This document shows, one piece after another, positions 38,257 to 50,766 of a stretch of DNA of 64,000 nucleotides. Each line of letters starts with the position of its first letter. Positions within the stretch are counted from its first letter, which is position 1. The position numbers and the translations under genes were made by a program. The notes beneath the pieces were generated by a model, which searched no databases, was not told the DNA's origin, and saw only the letters and a list, made by a program, of their open reading frames with translations. This DNA is from Marsupella aquatica (lineage: Eukaryota; Plantae; Marchantiophyta). The DNA is taken from positions 21,354,122 to 21,418,121 of the forward strand of contig OZ316898.1 of the NCBI GenBank assembly GCA_973895155.1, read 5' to 3'.

Positions 38257-38954
38257 ACAAAGAAGGAAATCGGAAGAAGGAGGTGTAGCTTACGTTTTTT
38301 CCCAGACTTGGCACTAGCACTTGCCACATGGGCATCCGCCTTGGCTTTGGCTCTTGGTTTACGGCTTTGATCAACATGAACCACTGTGGTTTTGCATTTT
38401 TTTTGCAACTCAGTCGTCGACGAGTTGACGTCCCCCTCAATTCCTTGCTTCATGTCGGAGACAAATTGTCTTGGAACTTGGGATTTAGACAGTTTATGGA
38501 AAGCATCCTTCTCAGTGTCGTCAAAAGGAGAATCCCATCTGTCGGTGTCAAGGTACCAAGGGCAGTGAATTCTCTCCCACTCGGACAATTTCCTCGGTGG
38601 AAGTATACCCTCAGCAGGATACATCGAATACAGTTCGGCCAAAATGTCTCCATCTATGCAGATGACCCAATTCTGGAAAGCAGTTGGGTAAGCCCAAAAA
38701 TAGTCAGGCTTCACAATCTCCATGTGCATGAAGAAACGATAGACATATCATTTCACGCGCTTTTGATTCTTGAGTGTGTAGTCTTCCTTGTCCGGGTACT
38801 TGGACATCCACATTGTATTGAAAAACTTACCTTTCACTGCATCCCCAAATTTTTTGAAATCATTGCACACTATTTCAACGAGTGAATCATAAAACTCACA
38901 CTTCCATTCCTCCAATCGATTGGAAGGAATTATTTCACTGATTTGCTGGAGGGC
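36286..38954 (-). pseudogene. Spliced beta-class DNA amino-methyltransferase-like (N6_N4_Mtase fold) gene, 5' end cut by the family A insertion
   Basis: RLPVGFMQTVLELFTIPKNIVIDWTVGSGSTFIAGDYSGRFVIGLE matches motifs X-I-II; upstream GFIYLPIG and FL/SDDGMLAILY occupy motif IV and V-VI positions; GT-AG introns 38293-38136, 37387-37281 and 36714-36599 join the ORFs in frame; one TGA near 38748 and one frameshift near 37545. Confidence 0.75.
37676..37744. repeat. 23-bp unit repeated three times inside the MTase-like exon
   Basis: AATGATCGTTCCTTCCCACCTCG x3. Confidence 0.9.
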
Positions 38955-41900
38955 TGTGGTGCGTCCCATGGCTCCCTAATCCCAAGAAACCCCTCTTCTC
39001 AAGCCGATTCCCGCGGGTTTCGCGCTTGGCGAGGCCGTTTCCGCGGCTTAGCGGCATGGGACGCTGCTAACCTTCTACTACTACTATTAACATTTTACAC
39101 ACATATACTGGACAGATCCTTCATCGGGTCATGAGATACGTAGCCGGCCTAATCTAGGCCTTCCCCTGTCTTCCCCTCCGTCTTGTTAGGTATGTTTGGA
39201 TTCCGCCGCCGGAATGATCCCCAATAGGCTTGGTTAAGCCGCTAAGACCTCTCTCAGCTCGACACATCCAACTCTCACTCCCCTGCTTACTTTCCTTCCT
39301 TTTGGTTGATGTGGGCACTCTTCACACAAGTTAATGCGACACACAAATAGCAAAATGACTCATTCTGACTGAGTCATACCATGCACTTGCCATACAAACA
39401 GTACATCTCATACACAAGCTCTGCGAACTAAGCCGTGAGGCCAACTCTATTCAGCACTTAGGCATGAGGAAACATGAATATACACAAGGGTCACTGTATG
39501 ACTAACCGAGAGCTTCTCGTACTACTTGATCCCAGCCCGGCTGGTGCAAACTAAAAACTTGCTAAAGAAGAGGCCCTGAGCTCCCCGCTGCCCAGGTACT
39601 TATCCTGGTAGTGGATCCACCATTCTTTGCATCGTAAGCCTAATCTACTTAACAGTAATCTACTTGCCCAAATCTACCTATGTACAGCAAGGCAGGAGCA
39701 CAAGTGTTGCTCCTACCAGTGGGACCGCAATCCCCCTAAGCTAAGTGTCAGGGCCGCTCCTGGTCCTGATCCTTATCCTAAACTTGGAGATCCGCGCCCG
39801 CCCTGCCCACTCACGCCTCCTCCCTCCACGTCCGCCCTCCCTAAAAGGAACGGCGCCTTTGCACCGTCACGACACCGGTGGTGGATCCTTAATGGACGCC
39901 CCAACGCTTCCTCCTCAGCCACTGTCGTAGGCTCATTCCCTGACAGATTACCTGCCCTTGACTGAGTCAACTCTCCATCGGCCTGACTGGGTCCACCATC
40001 GGCGTCGACATCGGCTCGGGAATCGGTTACGGCCTCAGCCTCGGCTACGGTCTCCCCGGCCTGCTCAAGAGGCGGATCTGGAATATCGGCCTCGTTACTG
40101 AGTAGTTCGGCTTGGGCCGCACCACCCCCACCTGTGATGATAGCGGGATCTATTGTTGTATTCATGCCGGAGGATGGTGCTGGTTCTACCTCTTTGGTCA
40201 CCACGGCTTGCGGAGTCGGATTACTCCTTGACCCTGAAGGTTTCCGCTTTTTCTTCTTTTCTGGTTCGGCAGCTGGTCCCTTCCCCTTCCCACTTACTTC
40301 CGGCACTGGTGCAGTTGGCGCGGCTTTTTCTTCGGCCAGTACCACTCCTGGTAACTTGGTTGCCCCAATTGGAGTTGGGCCTGATGAAGACAAGCACTTA
40401 AATACTGCGGCTTGTTTCTTCAGCCGCTCCGTTTGGTTGTCGGCCCGCCGCTGGAGGTTCTCCATCTTCCTCGTGATTTCCTCCAACTCCTCTTGGGTCT
40501 CATCCAGGTCCTTGCGTGCCTCCTCTAGTTCCTTCTGGGCTTCCTCCCGTTCTTGTTTCAAGGTAGTCCTCTCCTCCCGGGTTGCTCTTAGCTCCTTGTC
40601 GAGCTCTGCAATGATGACAGACTCCATCTGGTTCATCTTGGCGTAAGTCTGTTCGAGCATCTCGTCCTTCTCCCCCTAGGTCGGCCTTGAAGCTGGCCGT
40701 CAGGGACGCAAGCTCCTGCTGCAACACCATAATCCCTTGATAGGATTTCCCTAACTCGGCCTCCTTCTGCTCAAGGGCTCCGCGGATTTTCTCGAGCTCC
40801 CCCTTTAACGCCCATTCCTTTCTTTGGGTCTCCGCCATGGCCCGGCTGTTGGCTGTTATGTGGGCCTCCTCTGTATTCTTCAGCTCTTGCTTCCACTTCT
40901 CCCTCTCTTTGATTGTGTCGGCCAACTCTCCCTGCGTCTGAGCCAGTTTATCCTTGATATTCTGATTATCAGCCTGCGCGGTGTCCAACTGCCCCTGCAT
41001 GATGTTCAGCTCATGCCGTTTAATCCGCAGTTCATCTTGGGCTTTCTTGGCCGCCCTTAGATTTTCAATCTCGGCTTCCATCCTCCTAAGCCGCCGAATG
41101 ACCTCGTCCTTCTTGCTTCTCTCTAAAGCCACCGCTTCTTCTAATTGGTGCTTCTCCAACTGCTCCCTATGGAAAAAGGGTCCTACCTCCAACTCCTCTC
41201 CAAAGATGCCGAGCGCAAGTTCCCCACACATCTCACCATACTCCATGGCTCTATTCTTAGCGTAGGTGGAGTAAGTAGAAGTGATCGGCATCGCCCATCG
41301 CGGCCTCTGCTCCCAAGCCGTCCTGCGGATCTCTTCAGTCGTGGCTAGAGGTTTGCTTCCTTTTTCGGCTAGCCGCCTGATGTCCTCCGGCCAATCTCCT
41401 CCTGGTAAATCCTTTTCCCTAGCCAGGGCTGCCTCCTCTTCCTACCTGATTCGCTCCTGAAATTCCTGCACCGTCTGTTTTATGCCGTCGAAGCTCGGGG
41501 GAGCAACATCTGGTGGGGGAGACTCAGGGCTACTCTGCTGGTTGGGGTCCCCTCGCACTACCCTTGGAAGTGTGGGGACAAACCGGCCACAGGTCCTTAC
41601 TCCTGGAACGTGATGGTCCGACCCATAGCCGGAATTATCATGGCTGCAGTCCTCCACTGCCTCCTCTACCTCTTGGACGTCCGGCTTCTCCCTCTCCTCT
41701 TCGTCGGTAGGAGCTTCAGGCAATTCTGCCTCAGATTCGGAGCTTGAGGTTCCCACGTACATTCGAACACCTGGCTTGGATTCCGGCCTGATTCTCTCCT
41801 TGTCTCCAGCAAAGGGGTTTTCTCTTGTGAGCCGGTGTAGGCCTACCTCTGTAGTAGTGTCCTGCATTGTGGCCGTTGCCGTTGTTGTTGCCGATGCCGA

Positions 41901-42029
41901 TTTCTTTTCTTTCTCCAGTAGTTTCAACAGACTTTGCATGCCTGGTTGCTGCATCGGCAAGTCCTCCTTCCTGGGTCTAAACACCTGCTCGATCGTAGGG
42001 CTAACAGGTGGTTGAGGCTTCTCAGCCAA
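38955..42029 (-). mobile_element. Family A copy 3, 5'-truncated (LTR 38955-39813; accessory ORF with frameshifts)
   Basis: Reverse complement of about 1160-4233. Confidence 0.92.
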
Positions 42030-43228
42030 TTGTATATATCTTCTCTGCACAGTGCGTGCAATGAGGCCGGTCTTCAGGCCATTTCAGGGTATTTAGGGAG
42101 CGCGGTGCATGGTCTCCTACATGTAGTGCACGGTCTCAACGTTTCAACATTTGGACTCCCACAACATTATTATTAAAACCTTTAAACTCCGCTAGTATTG
42201 ATTAGGGTGACTTACGGGTGGTTGTCGTAGGCTCCCATAACATTATTTTTTAAGTGTTCATACACCACTAGCATTCATTGTGACTCACTTGTAGTCCCGC
42301 ACTCCCATAACATTTCCAATAAAAGTCTTTTGTAGCTATAACATTCATGTTGAAACCATTGGACTCCGTTAGCATCAAAAGTGTCACCATTCAATTAGGT
42401 TCGTGAGAAATACAAAGGAAACAAAGCTTGGTCAATGCTTCTAGAATTCCTATACCAGCCTTCAATCTGGTTCCTTAATGTGCTTGTCACCTTCAAATTC
42501 CCTTCTGCATTACTGTTGGGTCGGTATTTTGGTCGAGAAGAATTGGCCTTCGAGAATTCCTGTCGGTGGCCTTCAATCTGGTCCTTGACTATGCTCGCCA
42601 CCTCCAAATTCCCTTCAATCTGCATCTTGAATCTTGCGTTGCTTGGATGGCGTACTGACGTCGTCAATAATTGCAGCAAGTGATGGATTAGAGTCGTTGT
42701 TGGATGCAGTCTTCGAGCGAAGGCGTTTCCGAATGGTTGCGTTTTTTATGCTTACTGGTGGCAGTGGCGTGGCGTGGCGTGGTTTCAGGCCGAGTGTGCA
42801 GTGATGGAGCTTCTCTTCTGTACAACATCCATGGTTGCGGTATTCATGCCTTGCTACTCACCTCCATCTGTGTTGCAACTCCATTTAGACACTCCTAGGA
42901 CCCAAATCGCCTTCATTGTCCAACCCACCATACAAGACTCTTATGTAAAGGCTGTGTCTCACATGCGATGCATGGTATGTCTCCAAGTTTCAGCATATGG
43001 ACTCCCACAACATTTCCGATTAAAGTGGAGGCTCCCATAACATTTCCGGTTAAACCGTAGACTCCCATAGCTTTCATGTTGAAACCTTTAAACTCCGTTA
43101 GCATCAAATGTGTCACCATTCAATTTTGGACGTGGGAAATGAGATACAAATTAAAGAAGACCAGGCTTCCTGATTGGAACTAATTCACTTTGTACAGTTG
43201 TGATATATTATTTACTCTCTAGACTCAA

Positions 43229-44270
43229 TTATGCTAATCCACACCCGGGTCTATGCCCGATCCGCCTCAAACTCTTGGGCCCGTAATGCCAGGTGTTGTA
43301 ATTCAGCTTCCTCCCGTTGTTGCTGCTCCTCAGCCTACGCCTGCCAAAAAGCTGCCTTCTGCCTTGCCTTATACTCCACCCCTTGGCACACTTGTAGGAC
43401 CTCGCGATCCGGCCGTTCCTTTGGATGTGTGGGATGTCGAGTTCCCGCTTCACGAATGTTGAATTGTGTTACCAGGTTGTCAAAATAATGGGGCCGTGAT
43501 GCAGAACACGCGGCCGGTAAGTGCCTGTAGGAGAAGCAAAAACAACACTGACCGCAGATTCCTGCCCACGTAGTCGAAGAGGATAGTAGACACCTCGGAG
43601 TCACTAAGCCATTGGGAAAATCTTGAGTGTGAATTCCACCAGAGCTGAAATGTGATGATGCTCAATACCGGAGGCTAGCTTAGCCCGAGCAAATTTACCC
43701 ACCGGCGCCACAATGAACTTGATAAATTCATAGATCACCGGGTCGCCCCGTTTGATGTAGATAGATTCCAACTGCTTGAAGTCTGGTTGGTTACACGGGT
43801 CAAAGTTTGCTTTGTAGTCATTCACTACGGCGTGTTTGTCAAGTGCCTTGAGAGGAGATCTTTGGAGCAGTTGTCGTTTGATGTCTTCCCCCCAAGTTGG
43901 CGTTGAATTGAACCACAAAGAGAGCATTAGGCAGTTCGTCGTGGAGTCCCAACTTAATCTCATTCTCTTGGTTGAAAGCCGAAAGCCAATCTCTAGCCTG
44001 CCAAGAATTGAATTCCGATTCAAAGCCTAGTACCACCTTATTCCCAAAAATCCGTTGGCTACCTAGCTGTAGAATCTCCATGGGGATGCAGAAGATTTTC
44101 TCATTGTCGGTCGTGGGAATACCAGGTGGGTTCAGATTCTTCAGGTGGACAGGTCCATGGGAGGTGGCCTCCGTTGCGTGGCAGTGGATCACATTTGTAG
44201 ATTTCAATGAGGTCGGTTTAGACTTCCACTGCGAGTGGGCGCTGACCATACCGAGACAAAACTTTTTCAT
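43229..44270 (-). pseudogene. LINE ORF1-like relic (DUF4283/RRM-like domain plus CCHC knuckle)
   Basis: ARDWL...LHDELPNALFVVQF...LLQRSPL...VNDYKANFDP pattern followed by CCFCFSYRHLPAAC; frameshifted. Confidence 0.55.
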
Positions 44271-44601
44271 ATTTTTTGACAGAGCGTGAAAGCAGCCTTC
44301 AAACTTACTGCCACTTCTGTCGCATTATAGTTCTAGCTCTCCTGCTATCTTCCTTTGTACCCGTCTCTTCTCTCTTCTGGTTGGAATTGCTGCTCGACTT
44401 AGCATTTCCTTCATATCCTCGAGCAATGGCGGGCAATCTGCTCTCTGTAGCCACCGTACCGTAATCTATGCAAACCCAAAAAAGCTAACAAACGTCTTGC
44501 AAATAGACGAATGCTTATGGCCTCCCAAGACTGGCCAAGACACAAAAAACTGTTGAGCACCTCACGTCTTGCAATTTTCTTACAAGTTTTTGCTGGAAAT
44601 C

Positions 44602-44812
44602 TCTTTCTACGATGACAGACCTTCATGGATACTTCTGTTAATCTGTGCAATTTCCAAGTGGACAGGAAAAATGAATTCAGGAATATATCAACTATGTATA
44701 ACAAGTGATTGTGTAATTCTGTCAAGCATTTTGTCCATAGCTTCCGATGGCAGTTTGAGTTCAACGAGCATCACAAGTGCACTATCCGGATGGCTTGTAT
44801 ATAATTATGTGC
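44602..44812. repeat. About 210-bp dispersed direct repeat, second copy at about 47629-47842
   Basis: CTTTCTACGATGACAGACC...GGATGGCTTGTATATAATTATGTGCT in both places. Confidence 0.8.
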
Positions 44813-46794
44813 TTGAATGTGTGGCTGTTCTGATCATTTGCATTGATTAAAGACAAATTTTTCTCCTATCCCCAGTTCTAACTGAAAAACCCGTCATGTT
44901 AAAAGTCTGATGTCATTGGGTCCGAGGAGGAACAAGGAGTAGGGAATGTCGTCAACATGGAGCATAGTAAGTAACAAACCCAAGCCAAGACAAAGTGGGA
45001 CTGAAAGAGTGTGTGGCTCTGGCTCTCTGCTCTTCTACCACGACAAACATTTATGTGAGTGCGGGGGTGAAAAAAGATAAGTTCCATGTGTGTTTGCACT
45101 TAACTTTTTGGTTAAATACTCGCTCAACATGAGATTCTAAGTAAAAATAGACATTTGGGCTGTCCGGAACCCCCCTGCGCCTAGTTAATTTTCTTAGGGT
45201 GGGTTATCTTTTCAACTAATCCTGTTAAATCAAAAGAAAATAGGCGTAGGGTTCCTGTCGGCTCAACTCACACTCATAGTTAAATCTGATAGTTAAAATC
45301 ACTAACGATCTCTAGTTAGTGTCCGTCATTTTGCGAGTACTTCACTGGAAAGTTAAGTGCCAAAAATCTTGGAACTTAACTTTTTATAACTTGTTTCACC
45401 CTGCCATCCCGTGAGTTGTTGTGTGGCGAGGTCAACACACCCACCACAACAAAACTTTTTAGTTAGCTGCCATTTTGTTCGCTTTCAAGCTCTGAATCGA
45501 TGCTTTGAGTTTGGCCCGGGCCATTGACTTGCCCCACCTACATCGTTTCTCCTTCACATAACTGTTTGCAAATTTTTTGGCCAATTCCGTGTCTTCATGC
45601 AACAGCAGAACCGAAGGTAGCTGCGCAACTTCGTAGCGAGTGGCTGAGCGAGCCACTTGAAAATTGGCATTGGAATTGTTTGAGTCCTTTTGAGCGAGCG
45701 TTGTCGCAACACCGGTTAGTCAAATTGATGAATACCTCTTCTGCTTCTTGCTCATTTGAGTTACCATGGTTGGAAGTTTCTATCGGGCCCCACAAGAGCT
45801 GTGGAATAAACCAAAGCACACTACTGATTGGAATGAGGAAATTGGGATGGGGCTGCCGGCATTATTATCTACAGTAGAAGTCTATCCTTCAATTGCTCAC
45901 GACAACCATTAGAATTGCCACACAAATGCTTGTAATGCTTGTAGAGCGTTTGAAGCTCATGAGCTGCAATTCGTGTCTCAGGGGCTACGCACGCTTGATG
46001 GGAGGACTACACCAAAAGTCGGCCGAGGCAAAGCTGATGGTGGTGCACAAGAAGCACTCCAGTTCCAAATTCCAATAGGTGGCGATCCCTCACTCCAGCT
46101 AATTTAAGTTGCTTTAACTTGGGAAGTGATGTGTAATCCAACACTTGCCAATTTGATTTGGAAAATTCAAGTAGCGGAACTGAACGTGCACAATGTTTAT
46201 ACTTTACGGCAATAGGTGAACATTTATGGTCTGAGCACTTTCAGTGATAATTAGGTAGGCCATAACATAGTTAAAAGCTCAAAGTTATTGAGTTGGCAAT
46301 TGTCCCCACCAAAACCATTGTATGCTCTGTATTACCAATTCATTGTGCAATTAAATCTTCTTCTCTGTTGCCAAAGGCAACGAGAATATGAAGTTGGGAT
46401 AGACACAAACTGTCTCTATTCTTTTTGCAAGCACAATACTTTCGTTCGTCCCACGTTCAATGAATTTCTTCAATATGGTTTGTCTAACTAAAGTGGGAAC
46501 CCACGTCCACACTTGCTTGCACTTGGCAGCAGCCTGGGAACAAGTAATTCAAATTGCCGACAGACCCTTCCCTTCTGCACTATGGTTGGGCTGGTATTTT
46601 AGTCGGAAAAGATTGGCTGTCTAGAATTCCTGCCGCCCACCTTCAATCTGGTTCCTTAATGTGCTCTTCACCTTCAAATTCCCTTCTGTGCCATGGTTGG
46701 GCTGGTATTATGGTCGGGAAGTATTCATTTGGTCTTCTAGAATTCCTATTGCCCGTCTGCAATCTGGTTCTTTAATGTGCTCGTCGCTCGTAGG

Positions 46795-47525
46795 CTCCCA
46801 TAACATAATTTTCCGGTTAAACCGTAGACTCCCATAACATTTCTGGTTAAACATTTTTGCAGCAATAGCATTCATGTTGAAACCTTTAATCTCCGTTAGT
46901 ATCAAAAGTGTCACCATTCAATTTTGGATGTGGGAAATGGCTGATTAGCTCCCATAACATTTTCGGTTAAACCGTAGTCGACTCCCATAACATTTCCGGT
47001 TAAACATTTTTGCAGCAATAGCATTCATGTCAAAACCTTTAATCTCCGTTAGTATCAAAAGTGTCACCATTCAATTTGGACGTGGGAAATGGCTGATTAG
47101 CTCCCATAACATTTCCGGTTAAACATTTTTGTAGCAATAGCATTCATGTCGAAACCTTTAATCTCCGTTAGTATCAAAAGTGTCACCATTCAATTTGGAC
47201 GTGGGAAATGGCTGATTAGCTCCCATAACATTTCCGGTTAAACCGTAGTCGACTCCCATAACATTTCCGGTTAAACATTTTTGCAGCAATAGCATTCATG
47301 TCGAAACCTTTAAACTATGTTAGTATCAAAAGTGTCACCATTCAATTTTGGACGTGGGAAATGGCTGATTAGCTCCCATAACATTTATGGTTAAACCATA
47401 GTCGACTCCCATAACATTTCCGGTTAAACATTTTTGCAGCAATAGCATTCATGTCGAAACCTTTAAACTACGTTAGTATCAAAAGTGTTACCATTCAATT
47501 TTGGATGTGGGAAATGGCTGATTAG
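46795..47525. repeat. Tandem array of about five 120-152-bp units
   Basis: CTCCCATAACATTTCCGGTTAAAC...AAAAGTGTCACCATTCAATTTGGACGTGGGAAATGGCTGATTAG; related single units at about 42150-42410 and 43000-43140. Confidence 0.9.
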
Positions 47526-47836
47526 AACTAATTCAATGTGTACAGTCGTGATATATAGTGCGAGGTATTTACAAATGCTGAACAATTACACCTCCGAGGG
47601 AGTGCTCAAAATTGACTTGATGTCATCACTTTCTACGATGACAGACCCATATGGATACTTTTGTTAATTTGTGCAATTTCCAAATGGACAGGAAAAATGA
47701 ACACAAGAATATATCAACTATACAGTATAACAAGTAATTGTGGAATTTTGTCAAGCAATCTGTCCATAGCTTCCGATGGCAATTTGAGTTCAACGGGCAT
47801 CACAAGTGCACTATCCGGATGGCTTGTATATAATTA

Positions 47837-49365
47837 TGTGCTGGGGTAATGCAAATGTCAATGTGCTCCAAAGGGTATGTTTGTATCAAATTACAACATT
47901 TTGAAGGTTGGGGGGTACGAGGGATGGGGTATTCCAAAACTCACAGCCACCATGTGCTGGGGTAATACAAGTGCCAATGTGCTCTGAAGGGTATGTATAT
48001 ATCAAATTACAGTATTTTGAAGGTTGAGGGGTATGAGGGATGGGGTATATATTCCAAAATGCACAGCCACCATGTGCTGGGGTAATGCAAATGTCCATGT
48101 GCTCGGATGGGTATGTATGTTTCAAATTACAGTATTTTGAAGGTTGGGTGGTACGACGGATGGGGTATTCCAAAATGCACAGCCACCATGTGCTGGGGTA
48201 ATGCAAGTGCCAATGTGCTCCAAAGGGTATCTATATATCAAATTACAGTATTTTGAAGGTTGGGGGGTACGACGGATGGGGTATTCCAAAACTCACAGCC
48301 ACCATGTGCTGGGGTAATGCAAGTGCCAATGTGCTCCGAAGGGTATGTATATATCAAATTAATTACAGTATTTTGAAGGTTGAGGGGTATGAGGGATGGG
48401 GTATTCCAAAATGCACAGCCACCATGTGCTGGGGTAATGCAAATGTAAATGTGCACCAAAGGGTACGTATGTATCAAATTACAGTATTGAAGGTTGGGGG
48501 GGTACGAGGGATGGGGTATTCCAAAACGCACAGCCACCATGTGCTGGGGTAATGCAAGTGCCAATGTGCTCCGAAGGGTATGTATATATCAAATTACAGT
48601 ATTTTGAAGGTTGGGGGGTACGAGGGATGGGGTATTCCAAAACGCATAGTCACCAAGTGCTGGGGTAATGCAAGTGCCAATGTGCTTCCAAGGGTATGTA
48701 TGTATCAAATTACAGTATTTTGAAGGTTGGGGGGTACAAGGAATGGGGTATTCCAAAACGCACAACCACCATGAGGTAATGCAAGTGCCAATGTGTTCCA
48801 AAGGGTATGTATTATCAAATTACAGTATTTTGAAGGTTGGGGGGTACGAGGGATGGGGTTTTCCAAAACCCACAGCCACCATGTTCTGGGGTAATGCAAA
48901 ACAATGTCAATGTGCACCGAAGGGTATGTATGTATCAAATTACAGTATTTTGAAGGTTGGGGGTATGAGGGATGGGGTATTCCAAAATGCACAGCCACCA
49001 TGTGTTGGGGTAGTGCAAATGTCAATGTGCACCGAAGGGTATGTATGTATCAAATTACAGTATTGAAGGTTGGGGGTACCAGGGATGGGGTATTCCAAAA
49101 TGCACACCTACCATGTGCTGGGGTAATGCAAATGCCCATGTGCTCAGATGGGTATGTATGTTTGAAATTACAGTATTTTGAAGGTTGGGGGGTACGAGGG
49201 ATGGGGTATTCCAAAATGCACAGCCAGCATGTGCTGGGGTAATGCAAAATAATGTCAAATGTACACCAAAGGGTATGTATGTATCAAATTACAGTACTTT
49301 GAAGGTTGGGGGTACGAGGGATGGGGTATTCTATAACGCATAGCCACAGTGTGCTCGGGTAATGC
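47837..49365. repeat. Satellite-like array of about 13 units of about 116 bp
   Basis: ATGTGCTGGGGTAATGCAAGTGCCAATGTGCTCCGAAGGGTATGTAT...GAAGGTTGGGGGGTACGAGGGATGGGGTATTCCAAAA repeated head to tail. Confidence 0.95.
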
Positions 49366-49899
49366 AGAAGGACTGTACAACGCCCTTTACCCGAGCACCA
49401 ACTGTGCACAACTTTGGTGCTTATGGGGTGCCGACAATATAGGAGCATTTTAGTTCGCATCTTCTGGATTCCAGAAAGGTTGGCAGTGACTTGGACAAGA
49501 CGCTTCATAACAAAGGGAACGTTTCTTCACAACAAGGAGTTTAAGTTTAAGTACATGGATTGACAGCATCCAATAGAGCAACAAGCAGCTTTGCAGAAAT
49601 GGAATCTGTCATGTTTTGAGAGGCTCCTTGCGTGTCAATACCCTCCTTCCGTCGAGTAAGCCTCATGAGTTGCTCATGGCAATGTGTTGGTGATAGGATT
49701 AGGGTTTACTTAATTGGACTACCTTTCATACGACAGAAGTGAATTTCAAGCACAGCAGATCCAAAACATGGAGGACAAGGCAGAGTCACCTTACGACGAG
49801 GTCCAGCCCTACAAGGAGGTGGAAAAGGAAGGTTTGGATTACAATACTTAATAGTTGGTCGTCATTGCATATAGTTGAATTTTGCATTGCGGTTTAGTG

Positions 49900-50766
49900 A
49901 TGATATGTGGAATATTTTGACAATCCGTGGGTTGGAATTGAAACAGGCGGCACTGGAACGTTGTGGCATTCCTGCACACCGGAACGAATTCGCAGTTTGG
50001 TGGGAGATGATCCAACTCGATCGTCAATGATTTTCAACCTTGGTCTGCAACAAACTTTTGGGATTGATTACAACATAACAGCCGTATGTGGGGTGAAGGA
50101 GTTTGTGTTGGGATTTGATTATGCATCAAAATCCAGTGAATTCTGAGGATGTTCATTGAAAATCACACAAGATGTGTTACGTGCGGCATTCAAGCTGCAT
50201 CTGGTACATTCGCCAAGTACAGGCAGCGAATGCACTGTCCTGAATTCAATGATTTGTTTGTTCGTCCATGAATAAGAGGGAATCCCTATAGTTTAAAGCT
50301 TTTGAGAGCTCCGTATGATAGATGGTCTGGGGCAATTAGAGTGGTGCAGGAAATTCTGCTGGGTAAGGAGAAGCCTTCACAGTTATCAGCGAAACAATTG
50401 AGTTATTTCTACTGGTATTTGTGTGGTACTTTGCCGAAGGAAAAAAGACTAGCAGGCCCTGTGCCAAAATTGCTACCAGATTGGAGTGATTTAGTTTACG
50501 ATGAATTGGCTTTGGAAATAAATAAATTCAAGAAACACCTTCAAGGTATGAGGAATGTTCGTGAGTCAAAGGCGTTCCCCGCTTATTGTGGGACTGCTAT
50601 TACACAGTTGCTGCTACATTGGGGATTTTTATGGGAAAGCCTTATATCGGGGCCAAATGTTGGCAACGAGGGTACTACAAGAAGGGAAACCCAACCTCAA
50701 CCTATTCAATGTAAACTTCAGTCATTGGAATCAAAGTTAGAAGGCAGTCAAAGAGGAGGAAGCTGA
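49900..50766 (+). pseudogene. Fourth, highly diverged relic of the plant-transposon-protein-like domain
   Basis: VKEFVLGFDYASKSSEF*GCSLKITQDVLRAAFKL matches the EF..W/F...G..L.T..I...F.L pattern; downstream DWSDLVYDELALEI...AYCGTAITQLL. Confidence 0.45.

Noticed and set aside
45450-46500. Degenerate coding remnant
   Set aside because: No continuous frame or diagnostic motif
47837-49365. CRISPR-like array, or repetitive ORFs in the satellite
   Set aside because: Units are contiguous with no unique spacers and no cas genes; the ORFs are by-products of the repeat
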